Assembly: GCA_027604505.1 (NCBI GenBank)
Contig: JADIIX010000164.1
Coordinates: 1 to 42,844 of the forward strand
DNA length: 42,844 nucleotides
Reading direction: 5' to 3'
DNA from: Gonapodya sp. JEL0774
Taxonomy: Eukaryota
Made by a program: the position numbers and the translations under genes. Below the pieces are notes generated by a model. That model was not told where the DNA came from and searched no databases. It saw only the letters and a list, made by a program, of their open reading frames with translations. This document shows positions 1-11,598 of the stretch, piece by piece (position 1 is the stretch's first letter; the number at the start of each line of letters is the position of its first letter).

Positions 1-1353
1 AATTCTCATCTGGGGTGTGGCAAAGCATCCGAAGCAGGGACCACCCCATATGGGGTGCCCCAGAATTCTGTTATCCGTGGCAAACACGAATGGATCTTCG
101 AATTTTCGAGTTTCACATTTGCATTATCATGAACTCAACAAAATCGACCGGCAAAATCATAAATGGCTCTTCCCTCGCATCCTCAGTTTGTCTACCCGTC
201 GTCCGAGCCCCCGCCGTCGCTATCGGCTCCCCCGTGCCAGTCCTTCCCTGTCATACCAAAATGTGACTTTCCCCCCGAACCACGGCGTTTTTCTTGTCGC
301 CCATCGGCATTCCGCTACATAATACCATTTTTGAATTCCTGCCGTGGTCACAGTCGCGTGGGCGGGTGCTGATGTCCCCCTTCTCCCATTTTCGGGTGCA
401 CCGCTCGAACGTGGTAATTTTGTACCACACCTGGTCGACACTGCTCTCCAACGGTACCACATCCACACACTCCGCACTCCCTCACATCTGCATCCACAAT
501 CCACCCTCATCACCCGTGTCCTTGTACAGAGTACCTACACCATGCCCCCATATCCCACCCAACCCACCCCACCGCCCACCGCGTGCCCGCGTGTCCATCG
601 CCAATTCCACATTCCCCATATCAAAAACACCCGTACACCACCCATCCCTCCACGTCCACGGAGCAGGGCTCGTCGGCTTGCAGGACGGGGGGCGGTGGGC
701 CCGTTGTCGGTGCGAGGGGGCACAGGGATGAGCGTTGAATGGGGGTGGAGGTGGCGGTGGTGTGGGTGTGGGTGAAGTGTAAGTGGTGTGTCTACCCACG
801 GGCTGCGACCCCTTCTCCGCTCTCCAATTCAGCCTCCAGCCCACCCTGCTTGTCCAATCTCATTTCTCACCCGCGACCCACAACCCACCACCCATCTCGC
901 CCGAAAGAAAACAGCTCCCCTCCCCCCTCCCCCCTCTCCCTTGGGGGCTCGGTGCAGTTGATTACGAGTACAAATACGGGTGTGTGGTGAACCGTGGACT
1001 TGCACGCGGGCCGCTGCCCCATGACCCGCGGTGTGGCCAGTTGTGGTGCCCAACTCCCAACTCCGATCAGCCAGTGTGCAGTGTGCAGTGTGTACGGTGT
1101 GTGACTGTGAGTGGTGCCACACTCCACAATCCCACACAGCCCACACGTGACATGTGAAGTGAAATGCCGTGTCCCTCAGTCACCACCCATCCTGACCAAT
1201 TAGCCACCAGCCAAAATTGTTAGTGCAATCGCCCCACGGCAAACGGGAGTGTGAGCATGGGCAGCACATCAATTGGAGGAGATGGATCTTTGCTTGTACA
1301 AGTGTAATGTGGCATGGGCTGTCGGCAGTACGCACACAGTCGCGGTAAGAATG

Positions 1354-4300
1354 GATCAAAATTTTCTTAGACTGGGAGCTCATAGCTGTGTTGTGGGCTT
1401 CTGCAAAGTGGTGTCGAGATTCAACCTGCGGCACCGGGCCCAAATGGATGTGGAAGTGGTCTGGGTGTGCTGGCCTTCTGTCACAGGGGGGACTCCAACC
1501 TGCACACCCACATGGATTCTCATTGCAACAGCTTGATGCCACCCCATAAAATATGATTGTGAGGAGAGACTGTTTGCAAAGAAGGAACTCAATTCTGACA
1601 TGGCACTTGGGGCCCCACACAGGCTGGTGTTGCCTGTAGTTCCCCTTGTGCGGTACCATCACCCACGCTGAATATTGTTCAAACTCTTTGACGACCAAAT
1701 GCTCATTGCTGTCATGTGATGGCTTGCACAATGGGTGGCACATTCAACCTGCGGCACCTGGCCAGAATGGATGGGGCAGTCCTCAGCTGATGTGCTGTCC
1801 ACAGCAGGCAAGCTCCATCATGTCAGCCAACGCCAATTTTGCCACCAGAAAATTCAAGCATCCAGAGCATAAACTTCAAGTATGAGTGTGTGCAAGATCT
1901 GTAACTGTGTGATGCTGGGGCTACATGATGCAAATGTACGGTGTTGAGCCCAGCTGCTCCCATGTGTTTGTCCAGTGGAGGCTTTACGTGAACATGCCGC
2001 CCAAACTGAAAAATCACAGAATTCTTTGCATCGCTCCATTTCATGATGCCGGCGAGTGTGGGTGCAAAGTTGAAATATATTTTGACCTGCGGCACCTGGT
2101 CAAAATGGAGGGTGAAGTTGCCAGGAACAAGGATGTGCTGCTTTCTACACGCACACCCAACATGCACACCCAGGCTGAATCTTGAGATTGTTACTCAAGG
2201 GCGCGAGACTGTGGCGCTCAGGGGGAGCTGTTTAGCAGAGCTGCATTGGAAATTACATTCTGGCGAGCTGGTTAAAATGGATGGTGTTGAATCAAATGCC
2301 CTTTGTCCAAAACCATCACCCAGGCTGAACACCGATCAAACTTTTCTTAGACTGGGAGCTCATAGCTGTGTTGTGGGCTTCTGCAAAGTGGTGTCGAGAT
2401 TCAACCTGCGGCACCGGGCCCAAATGGATGTGGAAGTGGTCTGGGTGTGCTGGCCTTCTGTCACAGGGGGGACTCCAACCTGCACACCCACATGGATTCT
2501 CATTGCAACAGCTTGATGCCACCCCATAAAATATGATTGTGAGGAGAGACTGTTTGCAAAGAAGGAACTCAATTCTGACATGGCACTTGGGGCCCCACAC
2601 AGGCTGGTGTTGCCTGTAGTTCCCCTTGTGCGGTACCATCACCCACGCTGAATATTGTTCAAACTCTTTGACGACCAAATGCTCATTGCTGTCATGTGAT
2701 GGCTTGCACAATGGGTGGCACATTCAACCTGCGGCACCTGGCCAGAATGGATGGGGCAGTCCTCAGCTGATGTGCTGTCCACAGCAGGCAAGCTCCATCA
2801 TGTCAGCCAACGCCAATTTTGCCACCAGAAAATTCAAGCATCCAGAGCATAAACTTCAAGTATGAGTGTGTGCAAGATCTGTAACTGTGTGATGCTGGGG
2901 CTACATGATGCAAATGTACGGTGTTGAGCCCAGCTGCTCCCATGTGTTTGTCCAGTGGAGGCTTTACGTGAACATGCCGCCCAAACTGAAAAATCACAGA
3001 ATTCTTTGCATCGCTCCATTTCATGATGCCGGCGAGTGTGGGTGCAAAGTTGAAATATATTTTGACCTGCGGCACCTGGTCAAAATGGAGGGTGAAGTTG
3101 CCAGGAACAAGGATGTGCTGCTTTCTACACGCACACCCAACATGCACACCCAGGCTGAATCTTGAGATTGTTACTCAAGGGCGCGAGACTGTGGCGCTCA
3201 GGGGGAGCTGTTTAGCAGAGCTGCATTGGAAATTACATTCTGGCGAGCTGGTTAAAATGGATGGTGTTGAATCAAATGCCCTTTGTCCAAAACCATCACC
3301 CAGGCTGAACACCGATCAAACTTTTCTTAGACTGGGAGCTCATAGCTGTGTTGTGGGCTTCTGCAAAGTGGTGTCGAGATTCAACCTGCGGCACCGGGCC
3401 CAAATGGATGTGGAAGTGGTCTGGGTGTGCTGGCCTTCTGTCACAGGGGGGACTCCAACCTGCACACCCACATGGATTCTCATTGCAACAGCTTGATGCC
3501 ACCCCATAAAATATGATTGTGAGGAGAGACTGTTTGCAAAGAAGGAACTCAATTCTGACATGGCACTTGGGGCCCCACACAGGCTGGTGTTGCCTGTAGT
3601 TCCCCTTGTGCGGTACCATCACCCACGCTGAATATTGTTCAAACTCTTTGACGACCAAATGCTCATTGCTGTCATGTGATGGCTTGCACAATGGGTGGCA
3701 CATTCAACCTGCGGCACCTGGCCAGAATGGATGGGGCAGTCCTCAGCTGATGTGCTGTCCACAGCAGGCAAGCTCCATCATGTCAGCCAACGCCAATTTT
3801 GCCACCAGAAAATTCAAGCATCCAGAGCATAAACTTCAAGTATGAGTGTGTGCAAGATCTGTAACTGTGTGATGCTGGGGCTACATGATGCAAATGTACG
3901 GTGTTGAGCCCAGCTGCTCCCATGTGTTTGTCCAGTGGAGGCTTTACGTGAACATGCCGCCCAAACTGAAAAATCACAGAATTCTTTGCATCGCTCCATT
4001 TCATGATGCCGGCGAGTGTGGGTGCAAAGTTGAAATATATTTTGACCTGCGGCACCTGGTCAAAATGGAGGGTGAAGTTGCCAGGAACAAGGATGTGCTG
4101 CTTTCTACACGCACACCCAACATGCACACCCAGGCTGAATCTTGAGATTGTTACTCAAGGGCGCGAGACTGTGGCGCTCAGGGGGAGCNNNNNNNNNNTG
4201 TTGCCTGTAGTTCCCCTTGTGCGGTACCATCACCCACGCTGAATATTGTTCAAACTCTTTGACGACCAAATGCTCATTGCTGTCATGTGATGGCTTGCAC

Positions 4301-7300
4301 AATGGGTGGCACATTCAACCTGCGGCACCTGGCCAGAATGGATGGGGCAGTCCTCAGCTGATGTGCTGTCCACAGCAGGCAAGCTCCATCATGTCAGCCA
4401 ACGCCAATTTTGCCACCAGAAAATTCAAGCATCCAGAGCATAAACTTCAAGTATGAGTGTGTGCAAGATCTGTAACTGTGTGATGCTGGGGCTACATGAT
4501 GCAAATGTACGGTGTTGAGCCCAGCTGCTCCCATGTGTTTGTCCAGTGGAGGCTTTACGTGAACATGCCGCCCAAACTGAAAAATCACAGAATTCTTTGC
4601 ATCGCTCCATTTCATGATGCCGGCGAGTGTGGGTGCAAAGTTGAAATATATTTTGACCTGCGGCACCTGGTCAAAATGGAGGGTGAAGTTGCCAGGAACA
4701 AGGATGTGCTGCTTTCTACACGCACACCCAACATGCACACCCAGGCTGAATCTTGAGATTGTTACTCAAGGGCGCGAGACTGTGGCGCTCAGGGGGAGCT
4801 GTTTAGCAGAGCTGCATTGGAAATTACATTCTGGCGAGCTGGTTAAAATGGATGGTGTTGAATCAAATGCCCTTTGTCCAAAACCATCACCCAGGCTGAA
4901 CACCGATCAAACTTTTCTTAGACTGGGAGCTCATAGCTGTGTTGTGGGCTTCTGCAAAGTGGTGTCGAGATTCAACCTGCGGCACCGGGCCCAAATGGAT
5001 GTGGAAGTGGTCTGGGTGTGCTGGCCTTCTGTCACAGGGGGGACTCCAACCTGCACACCCACATGGATTCTCATTGCAACAGCTTGATGCCACCCCATAA
5101 AATATGATTGTGAGGAGAGACTGTTTGCAAAGAAGGAACTCAATTCTGACATGGCACTTGGGGCCCCACACAGGCTGGTGTTGCCTGTAGTTCCCCTTGT
5201 GCGGTACCATCACCCACGCTGAATATTGTTCAAACTCTTTGACGACCAAATGCTCATTGCTGTCATGTGATGGCTTGCACAATGGGTGGCACATTCAACC
5301 TGCGGCACCTGGCCAGAATGGATGGGGCAGTCCTCAGCTGATGTGCTGTCCACAGCAGGCAAGCTCCATCATGTCAGCCAACGCCAATTTTGCCACCAGA
5401 AAATTCAAGCATCCAGAGCATAAACTTCAAGTATGAGTGTGTGCAAGATCTGTAACTGTGTGATGCTGGGGCTACATGATGCAAATGTACGGTGTTGAGC
5501 CCAGCTGCTCCCATGTGTTTGTCCAGTGGAGGCTTTACGTGAACATGCCGCCCAAACTGAAAAATCACAGAATTCTTTGCATCGCTCCATTTCATGATGC
5601 CGGCGAGTGTGGGTGCAAAGTTGAAATATATTTTGACCTGCGGCACCTGGTCAAAATGGAGGGTGAAGTTGCCAGGAACAAGGATGTGCTGCTTTCTACA
5701 CGCACACCCAACATGCACACCCAGGCTGAATCTTGAGATTGTTACTCAAGGGCGCGAGACTGTGGCGCTCAGGGGGAGCTGTTTAGCAGAGCTGCATTGG
5801 AAATTACATTCTGGCGAGCTGGTTAAAATGGATGGTGTTGAATCAAATGCCCTTTGTCCAAAACCATCACCCAGGCTGAACACCGATCAAACTTTTCTTA
5901 GACTGGGAGCTCATAGCTGTGTTGTGGGCTTCTGCAAAGTGGTGTCGAGATTCAACCTGCGGCACCGGGCCCAAATGGATGTGGAAGTGGTCTGGGTGTG
6001 CTGGCCTTCTGTCACAGGGGGGACTCCAACCTGCACACCCACATGGATTCTCATTGCAACAGCTTGATGCCACCCCATAAAATATGATTGTGAGGAGAGA
6101 CTGTTTGCAAAGAAGGAACTCAATTCTGACATGGCACTTGGGGCCCCACACAGGCTGGTGTTGCCTGTAGTTCCCCTTGTGCGGTACCATCACCCACGCT
6201 GAATATTGTTCAAACTCTTTGACGACCAAATGCTCATTGCTGTCATGTGATGGCTTGCACAATGGGTGGCACATTCAACCTGCGGCACCTGGCCAGAATG
6301 GATGGGGCAGTCCTCAGCTGATGTGCTGTCCACAGCAGGCAAGCTCCATCATGTCAGCCAACGCCAATTTTGCCACCAGAAAATTCAAGCATCCAGAGCA
6401 TAAACTTCAAGTATGAGTGTGTGCAAGATCTGTAACTGTGTGATGCTGGGGCTACATGATGCAAATGTACGGTGTTGAGCCCAGCTGCTCCCATGTGTTT
6501 GTCCAGTGGAGGCTTTACGTGAACATGCCGCCCAAACTGAAAAATCACAGAATTCTTTGCATCGCTCCATTTCATGATGCCGGCGAGTGTGGGTGCAAAG
6601 TTGAAATATATTTTGACCTGCGGCACCTGGTCAAAATGGAGGGTGAAGTTGCCAGGAACAAGGATGTGCTGCTTTCTACACGCACACCCAACATGCACAC
6701 CCAGGCTGAATCTTGAGATTGTTACTCAAGGGCGCGAGACTGTGGCGCTCAGGGGGAGCTGTTTAGCAGAGCTGCATTGGAAATTACATTCTGGCGAGCT
6801 GGTTAAAATGGATGGTGTTGAATCAAATGCCCTTTGTCCAAAACCATCACCCAGGCTGAACACCGATCAAACTTTTCTTAGACTGGGAGCTCATAGCTGT
6901 GTTGTGGGCTTCTGCAAAGTGGTGTCGAGATTCAACCTGCGGCACCGGGCCCAAATGGATGTGGAAGTGGTCTGGGTGTGCTGGCCTTCTGTCACAGGGG
7001 GGACTCCAACCTGCACACCCACATGGATTCTCATTGCAACAGCTTGATGCCACCCCATAAAATATGATTGTGAGGAGAGACTGTTTGCAAAGAAGGAACT
7101 CAATTCTGACATGGCACTTGGGGCCCCACACAGGCTGGTGTTGCCTGTAGTTCCCCTTGTGCGGTACCATCACCCACGCTGAATATTGTTCAAACTCTTT
7201 GACGACCAAATGCTCATTGCTGTCATGTGATGGCTTGCACAATGGGTGGCACATTCAACCTGCGGCACCTGGCCAGAATGGATGGGGCAGTCCTCAGCTG

Positions 7301-7526
7301 ATGTGCTGTCCACAGCAGGCAAGCTCCATCATGTCAGCCAACGCCAATTTTGCCACCAGAAAATTCAAGCATCCAGAGCATAAACTTCAAGTATGAGTGT
7401 GTGCAAGATCTGTAACTGTGTGATGCTGGGGCTACATGATGCAAATGTACGGTGTTGAGCCCAGCTGCTCCCATGTGTTTGTCCAGTGGAGGCTTTACGT
7501 GAACATGCCAGCCCAAACTGAAAAAT
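1354..7526. repeat. Tandem array of 980-bp units (higher-order repeat of three diverged monomers, 323/338/319 bp), interrupted by an assembly gap
   Basis: Sequence and ORF track recur at exactly +980 (e.g. ORFs at 2043/3023 and 4614/5594/6574). Identity starts at GATCAAA (1354) and ends at CTGAAAAAT (7526). Phase across the N gap implies at least 379 bp are missing, so at least ~6.7 units. Confidence 0.97.
4189..4198. other. Scaffold gap (10 N) inside the tandem array
   Basis: Run of N; array phase jumps across it. Confidence 0.99.
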
Positions 7527-8143
7527 GGTGTCAGCTTGCTGCCAGCAAATCCAGATGAACAATCTCTGACAGAACCAGCCTCGTACTGGACAATTGAGAC
7601 AGCTTGGAGTAAGGATACACCTGAGGAGATGAGAGGCTTAAAATTGAAAGAAAGGGTCAGTGAAACGTGGTCAGAATCACTGAATGGATGCTTGGTGCAA
7701 GCGGCAAATGGTCCTTTGTTAGCGACTACAAGGACCAACAGGGGAGCGAAGAAAATCACTGGACATGAAGAGGGGGACGCTGAGAACTGAGAAATGATCC
7801 AATTGAATCCATGCTCTCCACAGCAGATTGACTGCTTAAAACTTTCCGACCTTCCACTCACTCGGTGATGTTTGTAAGCAAAGTCACCCATTGAAATATG
7901 AACAACCAAATCACAAACTATTCACAGCTTCACAGCAGATTCACTGCAATTGCACTTTCCGCCTTGAGGTTTGAAAAATCTTGGCTTGGCGTTTATCAAG
8001 ACTTTATGCAGTACTCATTGTCGCTGAAGAAGTATTGCAGGTACAGACAGCAAGCACACACCAAATTTGCTAATTCAAGATTCAAGAAGTTTGAGGAGAG
8101 ATATGAAGAGAGATCTCCGACGCAGTTCAAGATATGCATTTAG
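7527..8143 (+). pseudogene. Possible decayed spliced gene remnant of unknown function
   Basis: Intron-like GTAAGC...TTCACAG (~7874-7927) joins ...THSVMF in phase to LHSRFTAIALSALRFEKSW...FKICI*. The upstream frame is broken by TGA codons explicable as CGA>TGA. No recognisable family. Confidence 0.3.
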
Positions 8144-8231
8144 TTTGCACTATTGTTTACGTACTGGCAACAGAACCCTAGTTACAAACGCCTCAGCTGA
8201 AAAAGTAAACTCACCAAAACTCTCCAATTTC

Positions 8232-10422
8232 TCAAACGTCAACTACACCACCCTTCTCCACCACACTCGCCACCCTCAACACCGTTTCCTCATCCATGTA
8301 CTGTCCCAATACCTGGACTCCAATTGGCATTCCCGCCCACTCACCGCCACCCTTGCCAACTTTCCCAAACGGCACCACACATGCTGGCAGTCCCGCCAGA
8401 CTGGCAGGAATCGTCGCGACGTCGTTGACGTATTCAGAGACTGGGTCGGTAGGTGGGTATGACGATAAGGCAGGTGCAGGGCCAAGTGAAGCAGGTGTGA
8501 GAAGAACGTCCACTTTGGTTGAGTGCGTGCAAGGGGCATGCCAGGGCCCGTGAAGAGGGTTGGGGAGGCGGAATACCCGGTCGAAGTCGAGTTGGACAAG
8601 GCGGCGAAAGCGTTGGGAGTGGAGGAAGTAAGAGTGATACGAACTGACGTGTGTGGTGGGAAGTTCATATATCAGTTCGGACCCAGCGGATCCAACTTTG
8701 AAAAAGTCACCTACCTCTCCGTCAGTACAAATGTTCCAAGCAGCACCCTTCTCCGCACTTCTTCTCCAAAACCAGCTGTCCTCGTCTCCGCATACCAGGT
8801 TCCGCCATCCTGATCCTTCCGCTGTCTATCTCCATATCTGACACCGTCGTATCTCGCCAGGTTACTGCTGGCCTCAGCGGGAGCGATGATATAGTACGCA
8901 GAAAGAGCATGTCGCGTGTGGGGAAGGCTTACTGGGACGATGGTGGCACCGTGGAGGGTAAGATGGGTGAGGGCTGCGGAGATTGTAGAGAGGGATGGTA
9001 GGGAGAGCTCGGTGGGGAGGTATTCCTGCAAACGGAGAAGCACATCAAGTTGCCACAAAAACTCATGTGCGAATGCAGTGGAGAATTGACTGACCTCGGG
9101 TACTCCCACGACGATCCCTGTCAAATCATCAGGATCCCTCAGCTCGGGATGTCTAGTCCGTCCACTAACACTCCCCACATCACCGTCCCATGATGTCATA
9201 TCCAAAACATCCCCACCTTTGATTAAATCATACACCGCTGCAACGCACCCAACGGTCCTCGCCATGATTCCAACAGTGTCCAGACTTGAGCTGTAAGAAA
9301 CGAGGCCCCACCGGGATATGCGGCCGTAGGAGGGCTTGAAGCCGACTATTCCGCAATAGGAGGCGGGCAGACGGACAGAGCCTCCTGTATCAGAACCGAG
9401 GGCACTTACAGCAGAAACATTGTGACACCCAGTCCCACAATGCAAATAGCCGTGAATGATGACCCCATGCACTGACACTCACAGCAAACACTCACGCGTA
9501 ACACATACCCGACGCCACGGCCGCAGCGCTTCCACCGGAACTTCCGCCCGCTACTTTTGGTTCACTCACAGTGAGATCGCTATCCGCTCCGACTCCAATC
9601 GGATTTACTACTTTCCCGAAGGCACTGTGCACACTCGCACTACCCATGGCAAATTCGTCCATATTTGTTTTACCCAGGATGACAGCGCCAGCGTTGAGGA
9701 GCCGGAGAACGGGTGTTGATGTGTACGGAGAGTGGTGATTTCGGAGGTGTGATGATGCACAAGTGATAGGTAGGGAGCCGCGGTAGCAGAAATTGTCCTT
9801 GAGAGCGATAGGGACACCGTCAAGCAGGGACTTGGGAGAGCCTTAGCACAGAAAGACTGCTGAATGCAGGGGTGGGGCGAAGTCGAAACGCTCTAATCAT
9901 CTCACCGCTCTCCCACCTTTCAGCTGGAGTTTGATTCTCATCCTTATCGCTGTGTTGCGTCAGGCTGGCCATGCAATCTTTCTTGTCTCGTTTAGAAATG
10001 AATGCATTAACAGAAGAATCGAAGCGAGATATGCGATTATAGCAGGCATCTACGGCATCCACTGGTGACAAGAATCCAAGAGCGTAGCGAGAAACTAGCT
10101 GCCTCCATGTTCGGGATATCGGAATCGTGATTATTCAATTGTGACAGGACATGCATGTAAGTATAATATCCGTGTCCCGACCTTCCCTGAAAAATGCAAA
10201 ACAATATACAGATACCTGTGCAATCGAGAGGAAAGCTACATCCGTTTGTGCTTTTTCAGCGTCGCGCTCTCCCAGTTGGCCACGAGAGATCCCACTGCTG
10301 GCTCGGGACGTTTGCGACCTGTGTAACGATCGTACTCTCTGTCCTGCAGGAAACGCTCGTCTTTCCGTGATGCATCCCCTCGAATGACAAAAGTGAATTC
10401 TGTGAAAAATTCGACTTGACAT
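8232..10422 (-). CDS. HER2: Glutamyl-tRNA(Gln) amidotransferase subunit A, mitochondrial (GatA/HER2/QRSL1), multi-exon
   Basis: Amidase signature: [72 protein letters not shown]. Arg/Ser-rich N-terminus from ATG 10422 resembles a mitochondrial presequence (start inferred). Confidence 0.95.
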
Positions 10423-10648
10423 GACGGTACAATTATTGTTGAATCTCGCAGTTCGGGGTACTGAGGTCATTTGGCCAACAGCATAATTGGAACAGCGACT
10501 CCAACATTTCCGCACGACCTGTGTACGCCGAAAGTGCAAAATGGACTTTTCTGCGAAATCAATGATGACAGCTCTTTCTTGGGTAGGCTCGCGATCATGG
10601 ATGACGGCGCATCAGAGCTACAGATAACTTCCAATGGGGATCGTTGGA

Positions 10649-11430
10649 TTAGATCTCGTTCGCACTAGCCATATGCGCTGTGCTCCATGTTGGTATGATT
10701 GCAGCTTTCTCGGACATGATGCGAGTCGTCTCCATTAGGACCAAATTACCCTTGTGGTTGGTGAGCATCACCGTGTTCTTACTTTGGGCACTTACCCTCA
10801 TACGTTGATGTTCAGGTCCTGATTGTACCATTGCTCTTGCAATACTTAACGCCCACTGCAAAAGTTGTGAATGCTTCTCTCGAGGCAGCTGGTTTTCAAA
10901 CGGAGATGGACAAACGAGTCTTGTTGGAGGTGAACTCTGCTCCTTCATCGCATTGACTGTCTCTCTCACTCTTGTCGCGATTATTCTCGAAATCTACCTT
11001 GTCTCGTGACAATTTCGGCCCCCTTCTTTGGGATCGACGTCTCTTTTTTGTCGGATAATATTTCAGATCATGAACACCATTCTGAGCTGGATTGTTGTCT
11101 TAGAAGCGTACTTGTTCCAAAAGCTACGCTTGTGCTGTCAATGGCCGCGCTTTGCGACCGTCTCTGTCGATAGGTCGGTGACAGTGCGCATAGCTGCGAT
11201 ATGCGGGAATCACGGGAAGCTCGACCCCCCAATCGCACAATTCGACGGCAATGTTGCGTCAGCGTCTCTCACCCTTGCTCATGGGGCTGCAATCCACGTA
11301 TCTGTGACACCAACATTGAAGACGAGTGAAGAGTGGGTTGGGCCCTTTGCTGGTCGATGGTGATGAAGTCATTATGGCTCCACCCGCATTCCTGCAAAAG
11401 TGCATCATAATATCTGCAGAAGAATGACAC
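10649..11430 (-). CDS. Possible small spliced hypothetical gene
   Basis: ORF 10649-10969 plus intron-like GTGAGA...CGCAG and GTAAGT...CAAG segments on the minus strand. No motif recognised and no consistent model built. Confidence 0.2.
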
Positions 11431-11598
11431 TTGACAGTCAACTTCAATTTCGAAATTCTGTCATTTCAATTGCAAATTTTGATTCAGTATACCTGTGAAT
11501 ACATAATATGTAAATTGTTTCTTGGGGATGCCGATATTCAATTCCGCGATCAGTCCCCCAAAGCCGACGTTTACATAATTTCATAAACCGTCAATGAC

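Noticed and set aside
42..75. Helitron 3' end or transposon terminal inverted repeat
   Set aside because: A hairpin is present, but there is no CTRR at the expected distance, no matching partner repeat and no transposase in the window.
15..1157. Pro/His/Gly-rich ORFs at the window start
   Set aside because: Explained by C/G strand skew; no family motif or consistent exon model found.
1420..7290. CRISPR array suggested by the recurring ~34-bp box
   Set aside because: The intervening segments are ~290 bp, mutually homologous and recur every third unit; no cas genes; eukaryotic context.
1354..7526. 5S rRNA, snRNA, spliced-leader, tRNA or hammerhead-ribozyme tandem array
   Set aside because: No recognisable 5S, U1, U2, U6 or tRNA motifs and no CTGATGA..GAAA core seen by eye; an Rfam/Infernal scan would be needed to exclude this fully.
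1180..7562. The many short ORFs repeated in the array as intact genes
   Set aside because: They overlap on both strands, have no recognisable domains, and the unit length is not a multiple of 3.
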